A stretch of 64,000 nucleotides of DNA from Zancudomyces culisetae HAW-14-8 (Eukaryota > Fungi > Kickxellomycota). Each line of letters opens with the position of its first letter. The first letter of the stretch is position 1. Position numbers and translations under genes: made by a program. Location: positions 372,001 to 436,000 of the forward strand of contig JBNJNM010000015.1 in NCBI GenBank assembly GCA_052426225.1. The letters run 5' to 3'. Shown piece after piece: positions 34,806 to 45,731 of this stretch. The notes under the pieces are model-generated. The model was not told where the DNA came from. It made no database searches and worked only from the letters and a program-made list of their open reading frames with translations.

Positions 34806-37169
34806 ATGCCGAAGAAAAAAGAACGTACCAAACCAATTTTAAAGCCAAGATTGGATCAGTCACGGCAGCAAAGAGAATTAAATGGCAGCGCGAATGAATT
34901 AACCACAACCTTACCAACGGGTGATTTTATACAACCGCCACGACCACAACAAGACACTAGCTCCGGTACAAATTCAGCTAATAATCTGAATCCACGAGTA
35001 GACCAACACGAAACAATCGATTTACAAGATTCGCAAACAAAGATATTTTTTCCCTTTCCCTTATCAGAGTATGAACAGAATCTAGAATCCAGAAAATCCA
35101 GTCAATTTGGTAACAAGCCTACACAGTCTAATTTCGATCAAACACCAGCTCCAGCTCCAGCTCCAGCTCCAGCTCCAGCTCCTATCTCGCTCCCTCAATG
35201 CACAACCGAAAAAGAATGGCTATCAAATGAAAGACAGATAATCAATGAATTGCTGCTCATTTACAAACAGCTACTATCCGGCACCCCTTCGTTAAAAAGT
35301 CAGGTGCTTGTTAGCGATGTTACTGATAGCAATGTCAAACGGAAAAATCCAACGTTTAAGCTCAGGATCTTTATCAACAACATATCATTTCCCTTACAAA
35401 TACCACCAGTAACTAACAGTTATCCAGACTATGGAAACAGTCAAAGTAAACGAGTAAGCTCAATCGCGTTGTTTGGTTTTGTGGGATTTGATCTTTTCAA
35501 CCTTCTTGCTGTTGGAATCAAGCTGAATAAACACATAAACTTGGATAAATACAAAGGAATCGATAAAATACGCTGCGACTCAGAGACTACACAACAGTCC
35601 ACTTTACCTTGCGGTTTCAATTATTTCTTGTTATCGATATTCAAGGATACGCTTTCCGACTTTTTTTGTCGCAAAAACAAAGAGATTGAACATAAAGAAG
35701 TAGAGCAGCAACAAAAAGTTGTTGGTAACCTTAAAGATACACCTCTATCCACGAACCCAACTGTAAATACAAAAAATAATTTCAAGGGAAATAAGAACGT
35801 TAGTGGGACTCTACTTTTTAATTCAGAAATTTTGTTTCAACTCGAGCAAGGAAATTTATTTCTCTCAGAAACTCATCCTTTGGATTTACAGATTCGGTTT
35901 GTGTGGAGTTTGTTGTTGTACTACAATTCTATAGTCACCATTAACCCTTCAGATGACTTGATAGTAGAAATAGACACACACATATGTATGAAACCAAGTC
36001 AACGACCAATACTGACAACATCACTTTATAATAACTTTACCTGTTCAAACTACCAAGTATACGCACACCTGAAAAGATTAGGATATATAGTTACCGTTAT
36101 TCCACAACCAAAATCTGATTCTGCCTTTTTATCCCCTTCTGTTTCCAAATCTGGTTCAGGGAACAGCGGCAATTATGGCACTGACAATGCTAATAGTCAC
36201 AATCCATATTGCGATGTTAAACCCGGAAATCTTAAAAAAGATGTCAAATGTGCTCTTCATCAGTATCCTATCATGGATGGAAATACGTCCAACATATCCG
36301 AGAACAAATCAGCTCTAACTCACACGTTCTGTTTTGCATACGAGCACATTAAACATAGAATCATAGGCTTCTCCCGTTCTCTACTTGGGAAGGCTAGAAA
36401 ATTTGTAGATACCTCCCTTAACACCATCTCTAACTCTCTGACTGCACTTTCATTCAAAGAGAATGTATTTGGGATTTCTGCCTTTGATCGAAATGTGTAT
36501 AGAAATATAAAAGTCAGCTGTCCATTGACTGGAAAGGGTAGACAGTTCTCGTTCCATTCGCAAAACGATATTTTTTCAGCGTTAAAGGATAAAGGTCCAA
36601 AAATCATATCTGCAGCAGAGTTTAATAGCTCTAACGAGATTCTCAGTGAGAGACGTGATGGTAACACTGATACCCTTGCGAATGAAAAAACTGTCGGACC
36701 TTCTAATAACATTGATTATAACTATGTTGATGGCTGCTACTTTGACGTCTACTCGCCAAACAAGAAACTCTTTCTTTCCAATGTTCCAAAGACAGATATT
36801 TTTCCAAACCTGAGTAATTGTAATTTTAGAGTGCTTGTACTTCCAAAAGATACTAGCGCCACTGATACAACTCTTACCCATATGAAGAGCGTGACTAAAG
36901 GCAAAAATGATCCTGAGGACAAGTTTGTAGATGGACATTCCAATTTCATGTATATTTTGCCAAATTTACTTTTGTCTACCTCGATTAATCCCAACTTGAG
37001 GCATTTTACAGGGTTTGATACAACCACTGCTACTATTAATGGCGCCAACCAACCAAATGCTATTCGTAAGGGGTCTTGCGCGAACAGTAATCAACAAAAT
37101 CAACGTACTATTCCTTTGGTTCTGGCCATTTGCGAACCAGGTGTAGTATCGTTTCTAAAAGTGTTTTGA
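34806..37169 (+). CDS. SEN54: tRNA-splicing endonuclease subunit Sen54-like
   Basis: LFNSEILFQLEQGNL, YQVYAHLKRLGYIV and C-terminal LVLAICEPGVVSFL resemble the conserved Sen54 blocks. They are separated by long low-complexity inserts. Confidence 0.7.
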   Translation: MPKKKERTKPILKPRLDQSRQQRELNGSANELTTTLPTGDFIQPPRPQQDTSSGTNSANNLNPRVDQHETIDLQDSQTKIFFPFPLSEYEQNLESRKSSQFGNKPTQSNFDQTPAPAPAPAPAPAPISLPQCTTEKEWLSNERQIINELLLIYKQLLSGTPSLKSQVLVSDVTDSNVKRKNPTFKLRIFINNISFPLQIPPVTNSYPDYGNSQSKRVSSIALFGFVGFDLFNLLAVGIKLNKHINLDKYKGIDKIRCDSETTQQSTLPCGFNYFLLSIFKDTLSDFFCRKNKEIEHKEVEQQQKVVGNLKDTPLSTNPTVNTKNNFKGNKNVSGTLLFNSEILFQLEQGNLFLSETHPLDLQIRFVWSLLLYYNSIVTINPSDDLIVEIDTHICMKPSQRPILTTSLYNNFTCSNYQVYAHLKRLGYIVTVIPQPKSDSAFLSPSVSKSGSGNSGNYGTDNANSHNPYCDVKPGNLKKDVKCALHQYPIMDGNTSNISENKSALTHTFCFAYEHIKHRIIGFSRSLLGKARKFVDTSLNTISNSLTALSFKENVFGISAFDRNVYRNIKVSCPLTGKGRQFSFHSQNDIFSALKDKGPKIISAAEFNSSNEILSERRDGNTDTLANEKTVGPSNNIDYNYVDGCYFDVYSPNKKLFLSNVPKTDIFPNLSNCNFRVLVLPKDTSATDTTLTHMKSVTKGKNDPEDKFVDGHSNFMYILPNLLLSTSINPNLRHFTGFDTTTATINGANQPNAIRKGSCANSNQQNQRTIPLVLAICEPGVVSFLKVF
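35145..35182 (+). repeat. (CCAGCT)n coding repeat, PAPAPAPAPAPAP
   Basis: About 6 perfect hexamer units in the Sen54-like ORF. Confidence 0.9.
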
Positions 37170-37957
37170 TTTTGTATTTTCGTTTTTCTTAGATCAACTA
37201 GCAAACATTTATTCTTAGCAAATACGTGTTTATTGACTCATTCACCACATCTTTTCATATTCTAAAGTATCAAATAGAAAAAATATATACCATTAGCCTG
37301 GAGGGGAGGGAAATATGTGTAATATGGACACTGTGCTATGTTTTTTTGATGCTGTCTGACGTATGGTTTGTGTATTTTTGGAGCCTAAACTCCAGCCCTA
37401 CCACAGGAACGCATTGGCCACCCTGCATATGTTTTACCAGCTCTGTCTGGGCTTTCCCGATTTTGCTCATTTGTCCTATGTACAATTCAACAAATTCAAA
37501 TTAAGCACATTGCAATAAAAGATGAATATTGCGGGGTAATTTGATTGAAAGAATATACCACAATATCCCACATGAACAATATCATTGTGTATTTCACCAA
37601 TATGTTTGAAATTAATAAATTAGTTCGAAGGCCGGTTTGAGACACTCAGATTCGCCTTTTGGGATACAAAGTCCATGTAAAAGCTGCGTTGCTCCCTTCA
37701 TTATTTCGCAATCCTATTTCGAAAACTGAAAAATAGGCTTTGATTGCTTTTGAATACCACCAAAATTATCCAAGAAATATTGGATACCATATGAAAATCT
37801 GAGTTTGGAATTCTTGGTGAAATAAAACAGAAACATAGTTCAGAAGAAATCAATTAAAGCACAAGCACGAGCACGAGCACAAATATAAGTATAAGTATAA
37901 GTATAAGACAAGCATATTGACATAAATACCGTTCTTTATAGTCCGAACCTATATATA

Positions 37958-38917
37958 ATGTTAAGAACAATAAGCAAGTTACCAAAACTTCAGCAGCGGG
38001 GTAGGAACTACTCTCTATGCTCGTTTTTGGACAAAAAGATACCCCATTCCCCCAAAGATGATTCGACGGCTTCCCCTAAAAGCATTTACGAATATTGTTT
38101 AGATTGCAGCAGTAAACAGCAGTTGAAAGACACTACAAAAGATTGTAAAGGAAACGACTCTATAAACTACAGTGATGGGTTTGAAGATTTGGAAATAATT
38201 CATGCAAAAATAATGCAGACACTCAAACAAAAAAATGAGAAAGCCTATCGGGTTGTGGATATGATGACTGGAATTCTGCAGGTCAAGTTTTTAAAACAGT
38301 TGATAGAGATAACAAACAGTAAAAAAGTGCTCGAGATAGGCACGTTCCTGGGTTATGGTACCACGGCCCTGCTGCAAGGTGTATTTAACAACAGCCTCAA
38401 TAATACCACTGGTGTTTTTAAGGTTAGTACTATCGAAAGAGATACCACGTTTAGTGATATAGCAAAAGATAATTTGTCTAAATATCTTTTACGCGGCCAC
38501 ACTATATCTGAACAAAAGAACTATTGTACTCAAACACGACAACTTTCTGGTGGTAACACAGAGGAAATATCCAGTTTTGATGTTGGAAAAGTTAATGTTA
38601 ATCTAATACTTGGTGATGCTGTGTCCTCTTTAGAGAACATGCCTCAAGAGAATTATCCATACGATTTTGTATACATGGATGCCAAAAAGTCCGAATATAT
38701 CAACTACTTGAAAACTCTCCTCGACAATCAACAAGTGACAAAAAACGGTATAATTGTAACAGACAATGTCTTGTTTGGAGGACAGGTTGTAAACCCAGAG
38801 TCGAATAAATACGGCAAAATAATGCACGAGTTCAATCGATTTGTCAAGCAGGAAAGCAGAGTAGACGCAGTAATGTTGCCTGTATTTGATGGAATTAGTA
38901 TCTTAAAAGTTAGATAA
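37958..38917 (+). CDS. SAM-dependent O-methyltransferase, family 3 (CCoAOMT/COMTD1-like)
   Basis: VLEIGTFLGYGT, YDFVYMDAKKSEY, VTDNVLFGG, LPVFDGISI. Intronless, with a basic presequence-like N-terminus. Confidence 0.9.
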   Translation: MLRTISKLPKLQQRGRNYSLCSFLDKKIPHSPKDDSTASPKSIYEYCLDCSSKQQLKDTTKDCKGNDSINYSDGFEDLEIIHAKIMQTLKQKNEKAYRVVDMMTGILQVKFLKQLIEITNSKKVLEIGTFLGYGTTALLQGVFNNSLNNTTGVFKVSTIERDTTFSDIAKDNLSKYLLRGHTISEQKNYCTQTRQLSGGNTEEISSFDVGKVNVNLILGDAVSSLENMPQENYPYDFVYMDAKKSEYINYLKTLLDNQQVTKNGIIVTDNVLFGGQVVNPESNKYGKIMHEFNRFVKQESRVDAVMLPVFDGISILKVR

Positions 38918-39086
38918 CCGTCATGAATGATTCCGCTTTGTTTTATCTTATTTTGTTTATAGTAATAAAAGGATCGCTGCAAAAGCAAAATTAGCGTAAA
39001 ACTACAGAAACGACGAAAATGGGGATCTCGTTAGTAACACTAATGGAAACTACATTGTATTTTACTATCCTATGACTTCCTTAACC

Positions 39087-41462
39087 CTAAAGTGCGTCAA
39101 AATTAATAGCATGGAGTTGTTCTAGCTTCTCGCGTTTATCATAGCCCGCCTCAATCTTGTAGAGAACAAAAATAACAATTGTCAGGAGGAGCATTAGGAC
39201 AGAAAAGGTAGCACATATATACAAAACATTCGAATTTTCGTTCAAAAACAACATAAGCTTCCAAGCACTGGATGACCCATCGCCACGATCAGTAAGTGGA
39301 TATACGACCAATTTGCTATTCGGAATTATGCCTTCAAACAGTCGAACACCCCCTCGCAGTTCTTGTGATAGTGATGAATAACCTGCATAGAAATGTGAAA
39401 TGTAATTATTTGTTCGACCTAGGCCAATAATTGTAGTCGGCAGAGTAAGTGGACGATAAGACGTTGAAGGTACTTGGACAGCTGAATACATATGGTAGTC
39501 ACCTGCCTTATCATTTAAAACGGCCTTAAATGTTGGACCTACAAATCCGGTTATATAGGTTTTATCGCTACCAGATATTGCGGCAAGGGTGCTGTTCGCA
39601 CCTGGGCTAAATATTGTATCAAGGAAAAAGGCGTCTATGTAGAGGTTGTTGTAAAGTAACTTTAGTTTTGTCTTTGACGAATCATTTGGGTCTGTAAATG
39701 AGACCAAAAGATCCATTTTACCATTGGCATTTATATCATACACCATTACATTTAACGGATTTCCCATTGACACGAATTCTCCAAATTCGTACTTTCCACG
39801 TTCAAAAGTACGCATATCCGCAGTATTGGTGTTGGTGTTGGTGTTTGAACGACATTCCTGACGTTTTGAGGATTTTTCACACGGGATGTTATTCAGAATA
39901 GCTATTTGGCTTGTAAACGCCACGCTTTTATCCTTTCCTTTGATATAGTTACCCCCCTTTATTTTATTTATTATTTTATCGAAAAACCCAGGGGTTTCCG
40001 TGTTCTTTTCTTCGTCCATGGCTAAAGATTTTTTAGCTTTTGTCGCTACCAACAATATATCTGGATAACCATCCAGGTCGAAATCAGCCACCTGTATCGA
40101 ATATGGCTGAACTCCTCTAAAATTTTTGTCTTTGACGCTTAGTGATTCTCCATCCATGACATCACTCAGTGGGATACTTACTCGATTCTATATTCAAGTT
40201 AAAATACACATTTTTTACTATTATTAAACTTTCTATAGAAAACCTTTTTTTATTGGTTAAACAAGACTTACCTTCTCAAAGTCAAAACTAAACTTGTTGT
40301 TTTGCATGCATACTTGAGCTAGAGTTCTACACTCCTTTGAAAACCCAGAATAGCTATTTTTACACAAAGGGAGCTGATTGTTGTATACTATCTCTAAGCG
40401 ACACTCTTTATCGTTACACACTGGGTATACCATGTCTAAACTGCCATCTGCGTTTATATCAGCAAACGATATTTGTCCAATTTCATCATTGCTGTTTGAA
40501 AGTGAAATCTTATTTCTTGAGTATAGAGTAAAGTTGGATTTCCCATCATTGAGCCATAGTTCAAAAGTATTGTCTACGCAATGTAGAAAAATGTCCGGTA
40601 CACAATCACCATTTAAATCTACCACTGAACTGAAATGAGGTTGAGCCAACTCGCAAAACTTCGTTTCTCCTTCGATGTATTCGTGAATATAACCTGTTCC
40701 ATCTCCCGTAGAAGTTGCAGTGCTGTAAAACACACTCGACCCCGACTCCTTCTGTCGTTTTTGTGCCGCTTGATCTTGTTCTAAATTATCCATCTCATTT
40801 TCTGACATATATTTCTTGCCTAGCAAATCCAGCTGCCTGTTTCCATTGAAATCAAGCACCATTGGCTGTGCACCTCTAAACATTCCCACAATATCGCCTT
40901 GTTCCTCAAATGCAACTTCACCCTCCGTAATTTTTGTTGACATTGCTGCTCTCCCCTTGTGGTTTATCTGTCTAAATATTCTAGCTATCACTAAATCTTT
41001 GATCTTTTCCTCTCTACCAAAGATTCCTGTTGCTTTCTTATATACTGATCCCATGACCATTAAATCTACCATCCCTCTGTTCATAAAATCGGCTGCCACT
41101 ACATTTTCACATTCGAATCTATCCCCGTCTTCTATTATCTTTCGACTCTGCTCAATTTCTTTTTTCGAAAACCCATCTATTTTTAGGGTTGCCATTATTT
41201 CCACTGCCTTTTTCTTTTTTTCCTGTTTGTATTTGTATCTATACACCTCCAACCGCTTATAATCTGTACTTAGTAACACTATGTCATTGCTCTTATCTCC
41301 CTCAAAATCGCCAAATGCCATTACATGGCCTTCTATATTTTCTAGCCCTACATCCAGCTCATACAATTTGTTTTCAGTACTTAGCTGTCGAGTTGAATCG
41401 GCAACTATGACAGGCTTTAAGCAAAAAAATATACACAGCGTACACAACTTTCGCAAAAACAT
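39087..41462 (-). CDS. ITFG1: ITFG1/LINKIN (T-cell immunomodulatory protein)-like FG-GAP membrane protein, 2 exons
   Basis: Signal peptide MFLRKLCTLCIFFCL, seven DxxxDG-type FG-GAP loops, LGRTNNYI, IIPNS, one TM helix and a conserved tail HAINFDAL. Intron 40271-40188. Confidence 0.92.
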
Positions 41463-43588
41463 TGTTGTATTTTCTTTTTTTTGGTTTACTATTACACTAT
41501 ACCTTTTCCCTTCTAAAATAACACAAATCGCTTTCACATTTATTCTTTCTATTACCCATGTATCCCTGCAATCCAGCCTTGGATGATTTTTTTTGAATAC
41601 TGTGTAATATTTATCTGTCTTTGGTTTCCTTGTTCTTTTTGTTTTCCCTTAATTTCATTTAAAATGTAGAATAAAATCAATTATTCCCAAAATCCCAATT
41701 CAATGTTGTATTACCATATAGAAAACACAAGCCCAGTTCAAAATTGCCTTTTTTAATTTAGTCTTTACCTGTCCAATAGATTATTAGACTTTCAATTCTC
41801 TATATACTTTTGCTAGTTTTTCGGTCCTTCGCTCTATTAAACGTTTGGTGGCTCATGTTCATGTTCACTACTGGTTTGCTGCTTTTTTATTGGATACGAA
41901 TCAATTATCTGCCCTTGTTTGCTCATGGTTTTGGATGTACATACACTCGGCTTTACAAATAAAAGCGTGCATTTATGATGAAAGGTTTATTAATTTTTTT
42001 AAACACGTAGATTGCCAAGCGTATTATAGTATAACTACCCCAGTTAATTAAGCACGACTTAGTGTTAGTATACCTAATTAATATTGCAAGAATCTGCTAT
42101 ACTTGAAGATTAGAATGATAATTGACCCTTTGCAGTTTTCATCGTCCAAGTATGACATTGAAGCCAAGGGAAAGCATTATTTGTTTGGGCGAAATATACA
42201 TAGATAGAAGTATGTACCTCTATACAAGGGTGTAATGTTTTTATTCTTTTGAACATTTGATACTTTACACGTTTATTTTAGAAAAATACATTCGAACTAA
42301 AGACACCCAGCTTCAAGGTCATACGTAGCAAATCTTAATTAAAATGACTAAATCAAATATCCTTGTACTTATTTGTTGGGAGAAGGGGAGAAGAGGAGAA
42401 GGGTGGTAATTTTTCTGTGAACTTTAGTTATTTGATGCATTCCAATGCAACATTATGTAGCCTTTGGAAAACAAGAATACCCGCCCTACATTCTATACCC
42501 AGCATCTGACACTTTTATCTTTATGGCTTTAACACTCTTATATGTTTAACCAGCTTTCAAATGCATGGTCGTTTGCACACCGAACAGTAAAATATATGCA
42601 ACGCTTCTGGTGCTAAATTTTTACTCTATATTTGTTATTTGTCCTGCTTTATGTTTTTATACTGATACACGGCTATAAAACTCAAAATGCAGCTTCCCCA
42701 AATGTTCATATCTAGCTGTCGTTTTCTTTTTTTCCCAAAATTTATAACGCCAACCTGCATTCCCTTTTTAGTTGTGTAGCCCCCGTTCCGCCAATTCATT
42801 CAGGAAATATGTTTATAGACAAAGAGCACAGAAATGACCCGAATCAGCTGTGCTATACAAAAACAAGCTTTTCTGCAAATTGTTAAATCATAACCAATCA
42901 TCATGAACTAAATAGAATTCAAAAAAATTTTGGGGAGGATTAATTGGGTTTATAAACAGAGCACAACTTTGTCTCAAAAATGTCATAGTAGCTATTCAAA
43001 ATATCACGGCCGATTTCCATTATTGGGCAATAAAGGAAAATAAACCACAATAATATATAACAATAGACAATATCTCGTATTGTATTTTTTGACGCGGACA
43101 CTATCTTTTTTTCTTTTACGGATATTAGGGCCTTTCGCATCTTTTATATCCCTCATACCTTTCGTATTCTGTATTATTTTATTTATGAGATTATTGTATT
43201 TAAAACGGAATTAAATCCAAATCTGTGTACAATTAAATCTATATTTCAACTCAGAGCAATCAATGGAAAAGTAGAAATAATCTGTTGACTATCAACACAT
43301 GACACTTCAACATTTTGATATTGGCTTTGGTACTCTATATTTACTATAGGCATATAAAAATAAACGAATATTAAATATATATTAAATTCTAGTCAGGCAG
43401 AAATCGAGCTGGTAGCATACAAGAGTAACGACTGCTGCACCAACAACCAGGACAAAAGACAAAAAATAAGATCAACAAGACAAGATAATTGTAAAATAGA
43501 CAACAACAAACACACAGTTCAAACGAATCATAGTGCAGAAGCATATCTAAATCTAGCCAAATAAAACAAACCAACTGACTACTCGATA

Positions 43589-44338
43589 ATGATTATTCGG
43601 AACCTGGAAGCAAATGTGGTCTACAAAAGGCAATTGACAAACCAAGACGTCATTGATGCTCTTAAACCAACGAAAGAACAGCAGACAATATTAATAATCA
43701 TTGGTGTTTACATAGTAGCAATAGTACTGTTATGGAACATCGCGTATTTAAAACTCATACTGTATCCATTCAAATTGATAACGGTAGCCCTCCATGAATT
43801 CTCACATGCATTTGCTGGACTACTTACGGGAGCAAAGGTACTATCTATCACTGTAGATCCGGACGAAGGGGGTTTGACAAAAATGAGGGGTGGAAAATGG
43901 TGCTGCACTATGCCGGCTGGATATTTAGGTAGCTCATTCATTGGTGCGGTTATGGTGATGTCAGGGTTTAATTTGCTTGCATCTAAAATTGTTTCGGCAT
44001 TAATAGTCGGCTGCCTTCTTGCGACGCTCTTTTGGGCAAGGAATTGGCTAACCCGAGTCATCACGGTTTTCTTCATGGGGATTATTGTGGGATTATTTTT
44101 CCTGTTTGATGGTGTAGGGTTGCAATACTTTTCGCTATTCATGGGGGTTATGAGCTGTTTGTATAGCCTCTGGGACATTGTTGAAGATTTGGTTGTTCGG
44201 AAAGTGAACGAAAGCGATGCGACTAAATTTGCCAAGGCTACGGGTTGTCCTTCACAACTTTGTGGCTTCTTATGGTTTCTAATCTCGATTATTTTTTTAG
44301 CTGGTGGAGTGTTACTGGGTTTAGTTTTGTTCAAATAG
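43589..44338 (+). CDS. Peptidase M50B-like intramembrane metalloprotease
   Basis: LYPFKLITVALHEFSHA (HExxH), DPDEGG.T, PAGYLGSS, multiple TM helices, YSLWDIVEDL, VNESDA. Intronless. Confidence 0.9.
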   Translation: MIIRNLEANVVYKRQLTNQDVIDALKPTKEQQTILIIIGVYIVAIVLLWNIAYLKLILYPFKLITVALHEFSHAFAGLLTGAKVLSITVDPDEGGLTKMRGGKWCCTMPAGYLGSSFIGAVMVMSGFNLLASKIVSALIVGCLLATLFWARNWLTRVITVFFMGIIVGLFFLFDGVGLQYFSLFMGVMSCLYSLWDIVEDLVVRKVNESDATKFAKATGCPSQLCGFLWFLISIIFLAGGVLLGLVLFK

Positions 44339-44430
44339 CTTTGTTTATTCACAAGTGGTTAACGATTAGACCAAAAATAAACATAGTGACTTTATATATC
44401 ACATACACAAAAAAAAAAGACGCCAACGGA

Positions 44431-45731
44431 TTAATCTTGAAATGGTGGCAAACCATATTTCTCTGGAATAAAGTCGCTTAAAGAATTGATAACCTCATGA
44501 GCTCCATAATTATCTGGAGGAAAATTATCTATATCAATGAATCGTGCATCCGGAATCCACACAACCTAAAAATCGTATACATATGTGTTAGGTGATACCA
44601 GGTTCATATGATTTTTTCTTTGAGAAATACAAAATATCTTGTGTATCGTATTGAATAAAAGTTATTATATATTAATACCTTCATTTGGGCGCTAACTCCT
44701 GAACGGACACCATTAATAGCATCCTCAAAGACAAGACATTCCTCATCTTTTATTGTGCTGTCCAAGAGATCGCGTGAACAATGGAAAATATCTGGGTGTG
44801 GCTTTGGATTTTTTATTTTTGGGTCATCACCGCATATGACATTTTCTCCAAATAGCGAAAAAAGTTCAGTGTGGTTTGTTATTTTAACTTCATAGAACGT
44901 TCTGTATGAACTCGTGGCAATCGAAATTGGGATGTTGTTTCTGTGTAGATGCCTGATCAATCTTTCAGCACCAGGCATCAGCGTAGCCTCCTTGAATATC
45001 TCAAACTTTGGGGGAGATTAGCATTAAAATTAATTAAAGTATTAGTAATGTTAGTTGAGTGTTAGAAAAATATCACTTTGTATTATTCATGAGTAGAGCG
45101 GATATTTTTTTCCAGTAGCATCGTTAATTATTTTTTTTTACCTTGACTTTATCAACTCGTCGAAGATACTCTTCTGATTCTAGAGGAATTTTGGTTTCAT
45201 CCAAAAGTATCTTTGTAGCCTATTCGTATTCTTTTCGTTAGTTTCTCTAAATTATAATATTCTATTTACTATATTTTACTTCAAGAAGATCAAAGTGCTA
45301 AAGTTCTTGAAAAACATTCAAGCTAAGTATATAGAATAAGCGATATGAAATTTTAAAGCAAAAACGTACATCAGTGTTTGATCTTCCCATCATTTTTCTC
45401 TTCAGTTCCAGTGATAATTTAGCCCCAAACTCCTCTAATACCGAATCTTTATATTTTTCGAAAATCAACATGCTAATGCGAGTGTCTATTGACGATTGGA
45501 ACATGTTTTAGACGAGTATTTAGCTGTACTTACCTATCGCTTTTGTATAAAGAATCTCGGTGTCCTATTGAAAATTCATTTATTAGAAATCTATTATATT
45601 TAACATTGATTGATCATATACCGAAATGCTCAGGCAACACTCACCAAAATCGTGCCATCCACATCAAATATACATGCTTTTATGATGGCATTATCTCCTC
45701 CTTTGCTGAAAGTGTATGCTTGAGTGCCCAT
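44431..45731 (-). CDS. HAD-superfamily phosphatase, pseudouridine-5'-phosphatase (HDHD1/PUDP)-like, ~6 exons
   Basis: IKACIFDVDGTIL|DTE, KMMGR, LMPGAERLIRHL, ISIATSS, KPHPDIF, CLVFEDAINGV, MK|VVWIPD...SLSDFIPEKYGLPPF; TAA at 44433-44431. Confidence 0.9.

Noticed and set aside
43708-44352. 214-aa antisense ORF across the M50B-like gene
   Set aside because: Codon-register mirror of a hydrophobic CDS, with no motifs.
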